Made by a program: the position numbers and the translations under genes. A stretch of DNA of 64,000 nt from Octopus vulgaris (lineage: Eukaryota): positions 27,838,001 to 27,902,000 of the forward strand of contig OX597815.1 in NCBI GenBank assembly GCA_951406725.2, given 5' to 3'. Position 1 is the first letter of the stretch. Each line of letters begins with the position of its first letter. Under the pieces are notes generated by a model. The model did no database searches. It was not told where the DNA came from and saw only the letters and a program-made list of their open reading frames with translations. This document shows, in pieces, positions 1 to 22,605 of the stretch.

Positions 1-169
1 TAACTTTTAGGAAAATGGGATTTTTTCAATGAAATTTTATAGAAATAACTTTCAAACGACATACATTACGACTATAAAGAATTGAGACGTGCAGTCTTGA
101 TGAAGCTGGAGTCTATCCACCTTTGACATGCCTACCTGCCAGGTGTTGCCTCCTTCTGCTGGAGTCAAT

Positions 170-375
170 CCTTGGTGACTTGAGATAGCCCTCCTCTGCT
201 TGCTCTGCCGTTGGGGTCTTGATATTGGTGTTTGGTCGTGTTTAGTCTGGGACCTCATCCTTGACCATGTCACTATGGGTGGCCCTACCAGGAGTCTAAG
301 ACTCCAGACGGTATTGCTCTCAGAATCATTGGATCACACAAACTCTTCCACTACGACAAGGGACGACCACCGGAA
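170..375 (-). mobile_element. RTE/BovB-like LINE 5'-UTR fragment
   Basis: The - strand reads ccttgtcgtagtggaagagtttgtgtgatccaatga..gggccaccca, resembling recalled RTE 5' ends. Confidence 0.5.
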
Positions 376-1438
376 GAGGTTCAACCTGAAGCCCACAGGT
401 GTATGTTCTCTCTCTCTGCCTTTCTTCTGTTATTATAACGGCCTCAACTGACTGGACACTTACCACCTCCATTCAGGTGCTTGTTTGCTCTTTTTGTTTT
501 GATCTTCTCAAGGCCCTGCACTAATCATTATTCTCAGTTTGTCCTTCCTAGCAAGTTGATCCTCTGAAATTCCCTCCCTGCAGGTATTGACTTGCAATGG
601 TTCAAGAACATCAAACAAAATCCCAGGTATCCTGGAGATATGGTTCAACACAGATTTTAAAAAAATATATTATTTACTGTCTGATTCAGTTTCCAAGTCT
701 GTGCCCTTACTCAAATTTCATATCATTGTATAACATCTGTTTTCCATGCTGGTATGGATGGTTTAACAGGATCTAACAAGCACAGAGCTGCATTGGGCTC
801 CAATGCTTGCTTTGGCATGGTTTCTATGGTTTCTGATTGCCTTTCCTGGCTGATAGAATAGAATCCACCTGTTCTATAAATTATCCTGGGGCCTAGCTGT
901 GTTGGGTAACATTCCTCTAGTAGTGTCAGCTCAATCTTGAACATGCAGCTAATTACGTGGTTGGGAACTCAGATAATACCCCACTGAGTCGAGTGCAATG
1001 AATCCTTCAATGAGAGATGTCCAATCTTAGGTTTCTAGTAGATTGATCTCTTCCATCAATAATGGGTCTTTTGGAACTGATGGGTATCACATGTTAACTT
1101 CCTAAATAAGTTCAAATTTCGTTGGTGCCTCTTGGCTCAATGAGATATCGATGAAGTAGGTCCTTTCACTATATGGCACCTGGCTGCAGCATTGATCACA
1201 ATAAAACAAGAAAACCTCTTGTACCCAAATGCAGATCTTTTACTATCAGCATACATGACTGTAGCAGCCCCTGGCCAGTTCTTGTCAAGTCATCCAACCC
1301 ATGCCAGCATGGAAAATGGATGTAAAATGATGATGATTATGATTGTTATTCGTACACTTGCTAATAGTCTGTCTTTTGCATGGAATGAGAAATGATTTGT
1401 TGCCAAGAAGTAATAATTCCTTTCTTTAAAAATCTAGC

Positions 1439-1667
1439 TTAACCCTTTAGTATTCACATTATTCTGTCAAAAGTAATGCTTATTTATTCACATTATTTTA
1501 AATTAATCATGCATTATCTTGTAGCTATGAGATTTTGATGAGGTAGCTGTTAATTTTTAAAACGATATTGTAGGGCTGGTGTGAGAGGCCAGATCCGGCC
1601 AATTTGAACATAAAACAAGGGAGACTATTTTGGCCAGATATGGCCGGTTTAAATGCTAAAGGGTTAA
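1439..1667. mobile_element. piggyBac-type MITE, family P1
   Basis: TTAA-CCCTTTAG..CTAAAGGG-TTAA; five similar copies in the window. Confidence 0.85.
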
Positions 1668-1799
1668 TCTTTCTCTCTCTCTCTCTTTTATTATAGCAAA
1701 TATACTATTGTACTAAGTAAACAAAACTCTTTCTTGTGGTATTAAAATTTTCTTGTGTATTTGAAATATGTAAAGATCCAGATGTTTATTGATTTTTAG

Positions 1800-10992
<9,193 letters not shown>

Positions 10993-11471
10993 ATCATTAA
11001 ACTTTATAAAAAATGTTGCTTTCAAATTGTTTATCGTGTTGATGTTTAGCTCATCATTGCTCCAACATCCTTTTGTTTATGTTAGATGTTATTGATAACT
11101 TTGGAAGAAAAAAAAAAAAAAGAAGAAAGTTCACACATACAGAAAGCAGAAAAAATATTTTAATCAGCACAAAATATAAAATAATGGAAGTAATTAAAAT
11201 CAATAACAAGTGGTCCCTTTTGGTGAAACTAAACAATGGATAATCACAGAATTTTTGTGGCAAGATCTCATGCCTTCACTCTCCAAAACTAAGAAAAATT
11301 TCTCCACTAGACGTTAGCCAGTATTACTCACTTTTATGCTAACTAAATCACAAACATGAAATTTAACAAATAAGTCTTTTCAACAATCTGTTATCAAACG
11401 AAGGCACTTTCATTTTCTTACAAAACTTTTCACATCTTTCCTTTCTTGATCATTTGTCATCTTCATACTTT

Positions 11472-11685
11472 TCATTTAACCTCAGCATCAGAACCAGGAA
11501 CTGGGCATCTGGTTTTTGATTGTCTACGAGTTATTCGATGAGTTTCTTTATTTTTGTATTTATGTTCAAACTTTTGTTTGAGTTTTTTGTATTTTTCCTG
11601 ACAACTCTTCAGGTGCATTGTAAAAAGACTATCATCGCCATAGGTAGCATCACAAATGTAACAGCGTTTCTGTTTCATGGTGAGG
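11472..11685 (-). CDS. UIMC1: RAP80-like last exon, zinc finger 2 plus basic tail
   Basis: tttgcag|C CTC ACC ATG AAA..TGA; KRCYICDATYGDDSLFTMHLKSC. Confidence 0.83.
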
Positions 11686-13438
11686 CTGCAAAGTAAAAAA
11701 AGATATTACAATAACCAAAATAGTCTACAACTATAAATCAGAGCAATAGCAATATAAAAACAAAGCAAAGAAAATCAGAAATTAAATCTTACTTTGTGTC
11801 TATCAGTTCCGAGTTAGTTTTCCAATGTTCAAGAGAAACTATAATTTAAAAAAAATATATATACAATATACACACAGAAAAAGCATGCAGTTCCCCCTGA
11901 GGGTGTAGCTATTACAAGGGAGACAACCATTTCTTCATAACATTTGGCAGGATTAGAAATTTGAATTTAAAACTGGGGAATAATGAAAAGATATATAGAA
12001 TTCATGTATCTAATTTTTAAAAATGTTTTTTATTATGGAGATCTTGAAATTTATATTAAAAAAAAAATGGAACTAAGTGGATAACGTGTTTGCACCTTGA
12101 ATGAAAAAAGTAATCTTAGCATTATAATATGCAAAGCCTCTGAAATTTTCCATTAGAAGAACGGGTTATAAAGAATTTGATGTGCTGTTTGATTTACAAT
12201 GATGATGAAATCCTTTCTCCATAAAAGAATACTAGAAAAAATTCTGGAAGAAAGTTTAATATCAGTTTATATGAAATCTCATAAAATGTACAGAATTAAT
12301 ATCCTAAATCAATCAAAGGATTATAGAGGTGTGACAACTGAGGGGTTGTAAGGCAGAGATGTAGGTGAAGTGGAGGAGTGCTGATAAACCAAATACATGT
12401 CCTAGGCCACTCTGTGGCACCATTGTTAACTCTGTTACTAACCTGGCTGAAACTGGCTCTGCCTCTGAGTGCAAATGTCTTGTTTTCATAAGTTATGAAT
12501 TAAGATCTTCCACCAAACCTTAGTCACAATTTATGTTCCTAACACTAGCTGAATGATGACTAAGTTATTTTACTAAATTCTTTGTTATATTTAAAGTAAT
12601 TGAAAGAAACAAAGAGCATCTCAAAATAAATACAGTAACGAAAGGGTTAAGGAAGTGTTTCTTTACAGTTAAGTGCAAACCATCACATTCGATGTCATAA
12701 GCAAAAAAGAAATTTTAATTGTTCTAAATTATTTCCATAATGAGAAAAATAAAAAATGTCATTAGCGTTAATGACTACCATTCAAAAGAAACATGGGAGA
12801 AAACTCCGATGTATGGTAGCTATGGTGACAAATCTGGAGTCGACAATCAGCAGTGAAGTGTTGGACTATTAACCAAATTGGTCAGAAGTTCAAATTTTCT
12901 GACAGGTATTGTGTTGCACCTTGCAGTTGGTTCACCTATGCTTACTTGTGAAATATACTTAAAAAGAAAAGACATTCTAGTTACCTTTTGTACTGTAAGG
13001 GTTATTTGGAGATATTTCCGTAAAATCCTCAGCCAGTAATTCAGGAGTAACACTTTAAAATATAAACAAATTCATTTAAGTTACATTCACAAAACAGAAA
13101 GTCTGTCCTAATGAACTTATACTCTTTACTCTCTCTCTTTTACTTGTTTCAGTCATTTGACTGTGGCCATGCTGGAGCACTGTCTTTTAGTTGAGCAAAT
13201 CGACCTCAGGACTTATTCTTTGTTAGCCCAGTACTTATTCTATCGGTCTCTTTCGCCGAACTGCTAGGTTACAGGGATGTAAACACACCAGCTTCGGTTG
13301 TCAAGCGATGTTGGGGGGACAAACACACACACTTATATATATATATATATATAAAGTATAGAAAACTCTGTTGTGAATTTGCTACCCAGGTATCGGTTAT
13401 CTTTCGAATTATCCGTAATAAGAATTCATTTGTCTACT

Positions 13439-13479
<41 letters not shown>

Positions 13480-16400
13480 ATGACAGGCTTCTTTCAGTTT
13501 CTATCTACCACATCCACTCACAAGGCTTTGGTTGGCCCAAGGTGCCACACAGTGGGACTGAACCCGGAACCATGAGGTTCGTAAGCAAGCTACTTACCAC
13601 ACAGCCACTCCTGCGCAGTAGTTAGTGTTAACTTATAGAAAGCAAAAATAACGTATTTACTGACAGTAGAACTCTATACTTTTAATAAAGTCAAATTTAT
13701 GTTGTTAAGGTGAAACTTGAAATCTCAGTCAATTTAAATATGTGTGTGTATTTATAAATTTTGGCCTAGCCTACATATTTGAAGAAGAAGAAAAAAAACA
13801 GTTACTTACCTGTCAGGTGTATCAGGCTGATTAGTTTTGTGAGTGTTTTCAGAATTGAAAGGAAGATCCAAAACAGGTTGGACTATCTTCAAGCTATTAC
13901 CATTTCCCTGACTCAGTTGATCTCTATCTAAAGCTGACACTGGAAATGTATTTATTTCACTTATACTTTCATTCAATATTTTGCTAGCAAATGGCAGATT
14001 TTCTGATTGCTTAATATCCGAGACTAATGTATTTGAAGTTAAATTATCTACAACCATTTCATAATTTGTGGCATGATTTGATATGATAGCAGCAGAATTT
14101 TCACTAATTTCAAATAATTTGCTATTTGCATCACAGCCTAACATGTCAGTACTTGGTTTGTTTTCTGATGAAAGTTGAGGAACTGAAGCTGAAAAAGAAA
14201 TGAAAAGAAAATAGTTTTGTCACATTTTAGCAATTAGTGACATTTCTAATAACAGAACAAAAAAAAAAATAAAAACAAATAATATAAATCAAAATCAATT
14301 CGATGACTGGCATCCGTGCTAGCAGGGTACAAAGAGCACCATACGAGTGTGATTGTTGACAGAGTGGCTATTCAAGTATGATTGTTACCAGCGTCGCCTT
14401 ACTGGCACTTATGCCTGTGCTAGTAGGGTGCCAAGAACACCATCCGAACGTGATCGTTGCCAGAGCAGCCAACTGGCTTCCGTACGCGTGGCACGTAAAA
14501 GGGCACCATTCGAGCGTGATTGATACCAACGTCGCTTTACTGGCATGTGTAAAAAGATTTGAGCGAAGTCATTGCCAGTACCGCCTGACTGGCCCCCGTG
14601 CAGGTGGCACGTAAAAAGCACCCACTACACTCTCGTAGTGGTTGGCATTAGGAAGGGCATCCAGCTGTAGAAACTCTGCCAGATCAAGACTAGAGCCTGG
14701 TGCAGCTATCTGGTTGCCAGCCCTCAGTCAAAATCGTCCAACCCATGCTAGCATGGAAAGCGGACGTTAAATGATGATGATGAAAACATTTTCATAAATA
14801 TAAATTATGAAAAACATCATACTGGTATTTGAAGAAAGGTCTTGAAAACTTTGTTTGCTTTAAAAGTGTTGCTATACAGGTGTTACTGATAAAGAGTTGA
14901 ATTTATAGAATACACCTTGAAGCTGTGTCTTTTAGGTGTAATAAAAGCAGCAAAGATTAATAGCTTTTAAATTTTAAGGTAAGTGTGCACAGGATCAGCA
15001 AATTTTCACTGTAGCTTATTAACAATTAAAACAACTAAGGTTGTGTGTATGTTTTTTCTTCAAATTATTATTAATAATATTTATAAAGAAATTTCTGTAA
15101 AGTCAATTCAACGAAAGAATTTCTGTTATAAGGTGAATAGAAAAATGATATTTTAATGATGAAATTATCTTTACTTGTACGAAGTTCTCGCCTTGTAAAC
15201 ATTCCACAATTTGCAGCATGATTCTCAATCACTTTTGGTCTGAACCAATCACAACACAGAGGACACTGGACGGTAGGTTTCTAACAGAAGAAAAAATACC
15301 AACATCATTTTTCCAAAAGTTTAGACATCTGACACAAAGTAAAGTGTATAGACTACTTGTCTGTTTAGGTCAGTTTTCCTGGTGCATATGATTCTAATAA
15401 TTCTAAAGTTTGGGGACAATTATCATGCCACTCCAACAAAAACAGAAACCAATTTATTTCCTAAAAAAAAAAAAAGACATCTCTTCAGTAGAATATTAAA
15501 TTTCAAGATGATGCATTGCTAATGCACAGTTTGCAGCCTTAAGTCAGTGATTAACATCTATTTCTTAATATTCCAGTTGCAAACTATTATAAAATAGATA
15601 AGTAGCCTAAACAACAAACATGTAAATAAAAATAATCACCAAGGCAACAGTTTTTGTTATTGACTAGCTCTTGTTCAAGTACTTACATAATAAAAGGTGT
15701 CCTAATGAAAGTATTAGAAAAATGCACAAGTCTTGCACACGTTAGTCACTATCAACAATAGCTTATAATGCGAAAATGCTCCTTTAATAACATAACTGAT
15801 TACTCTCCTCCTACCGATCAGCTATAAAGGAAAACTATCATTCTTAAAATGAAATGAAATAATAATTTCTAATTTAGGCACAAGACCAACAATTTTGAAG
15901 GGAAGGGAGTTGGTCAATATCATCAATTCTAGTACTTCACTGGTACTTTATTTTTATCAACCTCAGAAAGACAAAGGCAAAGTTGCCTCAGCAGAATTTA
16001 AACAACACAATTTTCAAAGAATGTCAGTGTATTAAGCCATGTGGAAAAGGAGAATTTTAACATTTTCAAGATAGATAAGAGAGAAAATGTGAAAAAATTG
16101 TGTTGCATCAACATGACTTATCATGACACTTAAAATCAAGGATTGATTTAAAAAAAAAAATTTCACATGGCTTAAAGGGAAAGTTAGCACCAGTGACTTT
16201 AGAGCTTCAAAGATTGGTGAAGGAAGGAGGATATCATTCTTAGACCAGAGACCTGGACCAAATGCTTTCAACAGGGCAAAGACCCCACTTGGTCATGAAT
16301 GACAATGGGATTGCACCTAGAAAGTTCCCCTCCGAGGCACAAGGTTGTTTATGGAAGACCAGCAGTCGCCCATGCGTACCAGCCTCCCCTTTCCATGCCA

Positions 16401-19400
16401 CCGATGTTATCCAAAGGAAAGGCAAAGGCTGATACAGCTTGGCACCAGTGACGTCGCAACTCATGCCTTAAAAACTTCAAATAGCAAACACCTTATATCT
16501 TTTACTTGTTTCAGTCATTGGAGGGTGGTCATGCTGGGGCCCCATCATGACAAGTTTATTTGAACAAATTGACCCCAGTACTTATATTGTTTTAAAGCTG
16601 ACACTTATTCCAACAGTTTCTTTTGCTGAATTGCTAAGGAACAGGGATGTAAACAAACCAACACCAGTTGTCGAGCAGTATGGGAACAAATACAATAACA
16701 TACACATATGTGACAGGCCTCCACATAGTTTCTGTCAACCAAATTCATTCACAAAGCATTGTTTGGCCTGAAGCTATAATAGAAGGCGCCATACAGTAGG
16801 ATTGAACCCAAAACTATGTAGTTGCAAAGTGAGATTCTTAACCACATAACTATGCCTGTTCATATAAAAAAGATGTTTTGCCCAAGATTTTTAAAATTCA
16901 AGAAATGCCAAAGACAAAATATTTACAACAATTTGAACAAGTTCTAAAATAAGATAATTTTTCAGATTATTAAATTTATCTTTAAAGATAAAAAGATTTT
17001 CAGTTTTTACATTAGTAATTTTTGTTTGTTTTTATGTGTGTCTTTCATCACTAGCATGGGTCAGACATATTTATAAAGCATTTTTTTTTTACAGTTGAAC
17101 ATCCTTCCTCACCTCTCTTTTGAGTGAAAGACCTCCTATTTCATACTTTTCAAAAGGCACAGGGAAAATGACAGTAACTTTACCACCTGAAGCCCAAATG
17201 TAAATAAACATACAAACACACATGTGCATGCATATATAGAGCTTCTTTCAGTTCCTGTTTACTGAATCCACACACAAGGATTTGGTCAATGAAGGGCTAT
17301 AATAAAGGACAGCTGTTCAAGGTTCTGCACAGTGGAACTGAACCCCAAAAGCAAGAGGTTAGGAAACAAATTTCTTACCCACACAACAATGCCTGTCCTG
17401 AAATGCAGATGCATATATTAAAATATTTTTAGGCACAAGCATGGCTGTGTGGGTAAGAAGCTTGTTTCCAAACCACGTGTTTTCAGGTTCAGCCCCAACT
17501 TAGGCAACGTCTTCAACTATATGTACCCTAAGGCTAACCAAAGTCTTGTGAGTGGATTTAGTAGACAGAAAGAAGCCTGTGTTGTGTGTGTATATTGTAC
17601 CCCGCAGCAGAAGTGTTAAGACTGATCCTGCTGGTGATGTAAAGGTCTCATGGTGGTGTCACGTAAATGCAGCGTCAAGTAAAAGTGCCCATATAGTGCC
17701 ACATAAAAGCCCTTGTGCAGTACCACATAAAAGTGCCCATGTAAAAGCACCCAGCACACTCTGTAAAGTGGTTGGCATTAGGAAGGGCATCTAGCCATAG
17801 AAACCATGCCAAATAAGACTGGAGCCTGGTGCAGCTCCCCAGCTTTCCAGCTCTGGTCACACTGTCCATCCCATTCCAGCATGGACAAATGGACTTTAAA
17901 TGATGATACGCATGAACATGTGCATACCTTTGCCGAGATATCATGTGATAATGTTAAATGAGCAGCATTGCTGAAGCATGGAACAAACTGCCTGCATCAG
18001 TTGTTGACTGCCATGACACTGCATCCTTTAAGGCCCTCATGCTTTCCGAAATCCGCCGACACTACACCTGATGTCCCCCTTTCATACTCATACACATATG
18101 TGTATGTCATGACTCATGCACTGTTCTTTTCCTGACGCTTGTACATTACCCTACGTACTATACATACACTTTAGATGAGTTGTAGTGCACCTGAGCACTG
18201 TACACAATGTTTTATTATTATTATTTTAAGTGAGATTGTTCAATTCCAGTCTTTTGTGGAAAAGAAATGTCTAATTATGGGAAAATACTACCTTGGAAAC
18301 AGGTAAGGGTTGGTAATGGGAAGGACATCTGGCCATAGAAATGCACCTCAATAAATTCTGTCTGACTCATGCAAGCATGGGAAAGTGGACATTAAAACAA
18401 TGATGATGATGATGATTTTAACTCTAACGGTGAAGTTAATTGTCTGAAAATTTATATGATCAAGAACAGCTCATTTCAGATATTTAGAAATTTAATTTTA
18501 CTTTTGTTTACCTTTTGGGGAAGTTTCAGCTTTTTGTTGATTTTTAAGCTTCTATCTTGCATATTTCGTTTTCTCTTTTGAAGGTTTGTTAAAACTTCGT
18601 TATCTTTGTTGTTTTCATCAGTCACATGAGGGAGAACTTCATTATTGTTTTTTGTATCACATTTATCTGTTATTTCAGGTTCCTCAGAAGAATTTTTAAA
18701 TTTTGTTTTTGACCTTTTCCTCGTTTTCTTAGAACCCGAATCTATATCACTGGTTTGTTCTTTAGCAGTTTGAGCCATGCTTGAATTATCTTTGTAACTT
18801 GGAAGAGTTTTTGATGGAAATGTTGGCGAGGCTGAAGGAATTACGTCATCTGAAACATCATTTTCTACAGGTTTGCTTAATTTCTGACTTTCTTGCAATT
18901 CATGCTTAGAAGATTCTACTAATTCCACAGGTGATAATGTTGATGGCTCATCAGCAGAACTTTTCTTAACTGGTGACTTCTGTATTCCAGGAATAGGAAG
19001 TGATGTCTTAAACTCCATCTTCTCCATTGAAGGATTAATATCACTAATATTTTCAGAAAAATGGGGCAACGTCTCTTGACCTAACTTTGAATGCATAGGT
19101 TCAGTTTTTGATGTATCTTTTAATAAGGGACATTTAACACCAGTCCAACAAGTTGGTGATGCTTCAGATACACCCTCATTGTTTTTAAATAATTTCCTGC
19201 GCTGTAGTAAATTAGGACGTACACCACTGTTGACATTCTCTTTGTTAACCTGTTTCTTATTACACAATCTTTTCACAGACAGCCTCGTACTTCTTTTAAT
19301 TTCAATAGATTCTGGTTTGTCATCAGCGATATTCTTATGTAGCTCCTTATTATGTGTTTCTGATAACTTTATTTTCAATTTGGGAAGTCTTAATACAGAT

Positions 19401-19762
19401 TTATTTAAATCAGGACTTGAACATCTACTATGTTCCTCTGAAATATTTATATTTATTGGATTGGCTGCAACAGAAACATCATCTTTTTTCGACGGTACTT
19501 GTTCTTCAGACTTAATTTCTTCATCTCCAGATAGAGCATTTTCCTCAGAATCTAAAATATTCTTCCCAATACGCTGTTTACGATCAAGAGTAGAAAGACC
19601 ATGCTTTCCAGTTAAGACGGGTTCACCCCATTTTATCTTATTTAAACATTTGGACTGTTTCTCCCTCAAGTTTGAATGAAATTTATTCCAAAAGGTAAGC
19701 AAGACCATAACATATTCAGAATTTGACATTGATTCAGAGGAAAAAATGTTAGCATACACATT
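11472..19762 (-). CDS. UIMC1: BRCA1-A subunit RAP80-like protein, possibly 5'-partial: exons 19762-18512, 15280-15175, 14188-13810, 11685-11472 (649 codons; first Met at 19729)
   Basis: Splice phases 0/1/2 are consistent. EYVMVLL..LREKQSKCLNKIKWGEPVL resembles the RAP80 Abraxas-interacting region (QYTKVIL..LLNKKGFGEPVL). VQCPLCCDWFRPKVIENHAANC and RCYICDATYGDDSLFTMHLKSC resemble its two C-terminal C2HC fingers. Confidence 0.75.
12426..12650. mobile_element. piggyBac-type MITE, family P2
   Basis: Ends GTAACGAAAGGG-TTAA; near-identical to 59290-59519. Confidence 0.8.
13122..13615 (-). mobile_element. SINE family A
   Basis: Reverse complement of the 10372 copy, with extra sequence in its TA tract. 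Confidence 0.83.
13810..14188 (-). CDS. UIMC1: RAP80-like exon, low-complexity linker
   Basis: tttttcag|CT..AG|gtaagt; in frame with ORF 13806-14144. Confidence 0.8.
14295..14782 (+). mobile_element. Family C retroposon
   Basis: Shared body, tail and (GAT)n. Confidence 0.8.
15175..15280 (-). CDS. UIMC1: RAP80-like exon, zinc finger 1
   Basis: ttag|AAA..A|gtaaag; KPTVQCPLCCDWFRPKVIENHAANCGMFTRRELRT. Confidence 0.85.
17965..18226 (+). mobile_element. CR1/L2-type LINE 3' end; related pieces at 4503-4720 (+) and 5040-5227 (-)
   Basis: EAWNKLPASVVDCHDTASFKALMLSEIRRHYT*, then UTR and (TAT)n tail. Confidence 0.75.
18512..19762 (-). CDS. UIMC1: RAP80-like large exon (AIR-like motif plus disordered S/K/E-rich region)
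   Basis: ctttcttttcag|AAT..AAG|gtaaac; 1251 nt open. Confidence 0.85.
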
Positions 19763-20256
19763 CTGAAAAGAAAGGAGTCTTATTTTATCATTATTTGAAG
19801 AAGTTTCAGCCATTAAGATCAAATTCTTACAGTTCTATCAAGATTAGTATAGATACAGTCACAGCTACAATGATATGAGAGAAGCTGTAAGAGCCACCAC
19901 AGTACTACAAATATTGTTGCAATAATATTATAGGTCTTAACTGTAAAAGTACTAGATTCACACCTGTAACAAAATAATAGTTATATTTCTAATAACCCTG
20001 TAGATATAGCTGTAACAGAACCTCAGCACAGCTGTAACAGTATCACGGTAACAGGACCTAATATGCATGTTTAATGGCATTCACAACTGTAATAGTCACT
20101 CTGCTATAGCCTGTCATATTGGAAGAACCTTTCAATGAAATAGTTTATGTTGCTCTAGCTCTTCATCATACATCTTTCTATCATAATGGGGAACAGTTCC
20201 ATTAGATTACTGCTCACACATCTAAGTCGGTGCAATCAATGTACACATGTACATTA

Positions 20257-20664
20257 CTCTTTACTCTTTTACTTGTTTCAGTCATTTGATTGCAGCCATG
20301 CTGGAGCACCGCCTCTAGTCGAGCAAATCGACCCCGGGACTTATTCTTTGTAAGCCCAGTACTTATTCTATCGGTCTCTTTTTGCCGAACCGCTAAGTGA
20401 CGGGGACGTAAACACACCAGCATCGGTTGTCAAGCAATGCTAGGGGGACAAACACAGACACACAAACACACACATACACATATATATATATACATATATA
20501 CGACAGGCTTCTTTCAGTTTCCGTCTACCAAATCTACTCACAAGGCATTGGTCGGCCCGGGGCTATAGCAGAAGACACTTGCCCAAGATGCCACGCAGTG
20601 GGACTGAACCCAGGACCATGTGGTTGGTTAGCAAGCTACTTACCACACAGCCACTCCTGCGCCT
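20257..20664 (-). mobile_element. SINE family A
   Basis: Full-length, near consensus. Confidence 0.85.
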
Positions 20665-21039
20665 ATTATGGACAATTCTTTACTGCAGAATAAATAAAAA
20701 GCACGAGTAACATTTCCATCTTCCAACCTTTTTGTGCGCAGTCAAACTCTGACTTCCCTATCTTTTCTATTTTCAGTACAATGGTCTATTTCTCTGTTGA
20801 TGATTACACATAAACACACCACCATAATTGCTTTCCTTTCTCCTGTCCCTCAACTGTGTCCTCCTTACTATTGCATCCACTGTAAGCCTCTGCCTTATAT
20901 CTTTTCAAATTTATAAAATGAAACAATAATCATATTAACCTTACTTAGCTGTCGATCACACATTTAAAGAGGATCTGTAAAAAACCCCTAGGACTAAAAA
21001 GAGAGAAAAATTCTTTCTCAATTTAATGTTTCTCTATTG

Positions 21040-21391
21040 ATCAACATCAATGGAAATTGTAGCTGTGATACCAGTGCCGGTGGCATATAAGAGAACCATC
21101 TGAATGTGGCCGTTGCCAGCGCCACCTCCGACTGGCCTCTGTGCCGGTGGCACGTAAAAAGCAACATCCGATTGTGGCTGTTTGCCAGCCTCGTCTGGCA
21201 CCTGTGCCGGTGGCACATAAAAAGCACCCACTACACTCATGGAGTGGTTGGCATTAGGAAGGGCATCCAGCTGTAGAAATACTGCCAGATCAGACTGGAG
21301 CCTGGTGCAGCCTCCTGGCTTCCCAGACCCCGGTCAAACTGTCCAACCCATGCTAGCATGGAAAATGGACGTTAAATGATGATGATGATGA
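21040..21391 (+). mobile_element. Family C retroposon
   Basis: Shared tail and (GAT)n. Confidence 0.8.
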
Positions 21392-21889
21392 TCTTGAAAG
21401 CAATTTTTTCCCAATGAAAAACTGCAGTTTCCGGCATTTAAACAACATACATACATAATGTTTTTGTCACAGAGCTGCTTCTGTTGCATAATTTGAATTT
21501 AACTCTTTCTTTCTTGTGGCTGACACTGTACATCCAAGAGTTATACTTAGCCTGTTACTTAATTGCCATCAACTCATAAAAATCTTCCCCAATGCTATTC
21601 TTACTTTAGCTAATATCTTTTCAGTAGAACCATTATGAAATTAATTATGTTCCATAGAGAGCAGAACTTAGGCATTACTTCCAGTCAGCTATTTGGGTAA
21701 TCCATGCGTGCTTTGAATTCCTGCCAGTCACACAGATCCCACTGTAATCTTCATGTTCCACTTCTTTTACTGAGCAGAGTATTGAGTTTGAATCTGCACC
21801 ATTTCTATAAACTGAACAATGTGACATCCAGTTGCATTAAGTCAATCATCATAAAATCCACAAAAACCATGGACATTTTTTTCCAACTT

Positions 21890-22605
21890 ATTCAAACTTT
21901 AGGCCTCACCAAGGAAATGACTAGTGACTGAGACTTTTGGAAATATGCTGTACGTGAGAAGACCCGGCAAGCCAAATGAGACCATAATCTTGTGGCCTAT
22001 GCCAGGGGCATAACCAGCCCACTTATGCGTACCTTTTCCTTCTTTGGACACTAAAACTCTGCTTGCGAAGACCTGTTGAGGCAAGTGAAATCAAATTCGA
22101 TGACTGGCATCTGTGCTAGCGGGATGCAAAGAGCACCATACGAGTCTGATCGTTGACAGAGTGGCTAAGGCACCATTCGAGTATGATCATTACCAGTGTC
22201 GCCTTACTGGCACTCGAGCCCTGTACTAGTAGGGTGTTAAGAGCACCATCCAAGCGTGATCATTGCCAGAGCGGCTACCTGGCCTCCGTGCCGGTGGCAC
22301 GTAAAAGACACCATTCGAGCATGATCGTTACCAGCATCGCCTTACTGACACCTGTGCCGGTGGCATGTGTAAAAGATTCAAGTGAGGTCGTTGCCAGTAC
22401 CGCCTGACTGGCCCCATGCTGGTGGCACATAAAAGCACCCACTACACTCTCGGAGTGGTTGATGTTAGGAAGGGCATCCAGCTGTAGAAACTCTGCCAGA
22501 TCAAGATTGAAGCATGGTGCAGCCATCTGGTTCGCCAGCCCGCTGTCAAATTGTCCAACCCTTACTAGCATGGAAAGTGGACGTTAAACGATGATGATGA
22601 TGATG
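21890..22605 (+). mobile_element. RTE LINE 3' end (ORF C-terminus plus 3'UTR with tandem hairpin units and (GAT)n tail), family C
   Basis: QTLGLTKEMTSD*DFWKYAVREKTRQAK*, then gtgccggtggcac units and gatgatgat. Confidence 0.8.

Noticed and set aside
19179-19679. 166-aa + strand ORF (also 36695-37009 and 37127-37318)
   Set aside because: Antisense shadows of real exons.
19763-19822. ORF-track N-terminus MILMAETSS.. of the 448-aa ORF
   Set aside because: It lies upstream of a strong polypyrimidine/CAG acceptor, so it is intronic. The C-terminal VNKSK.. likewise lies past the donor.
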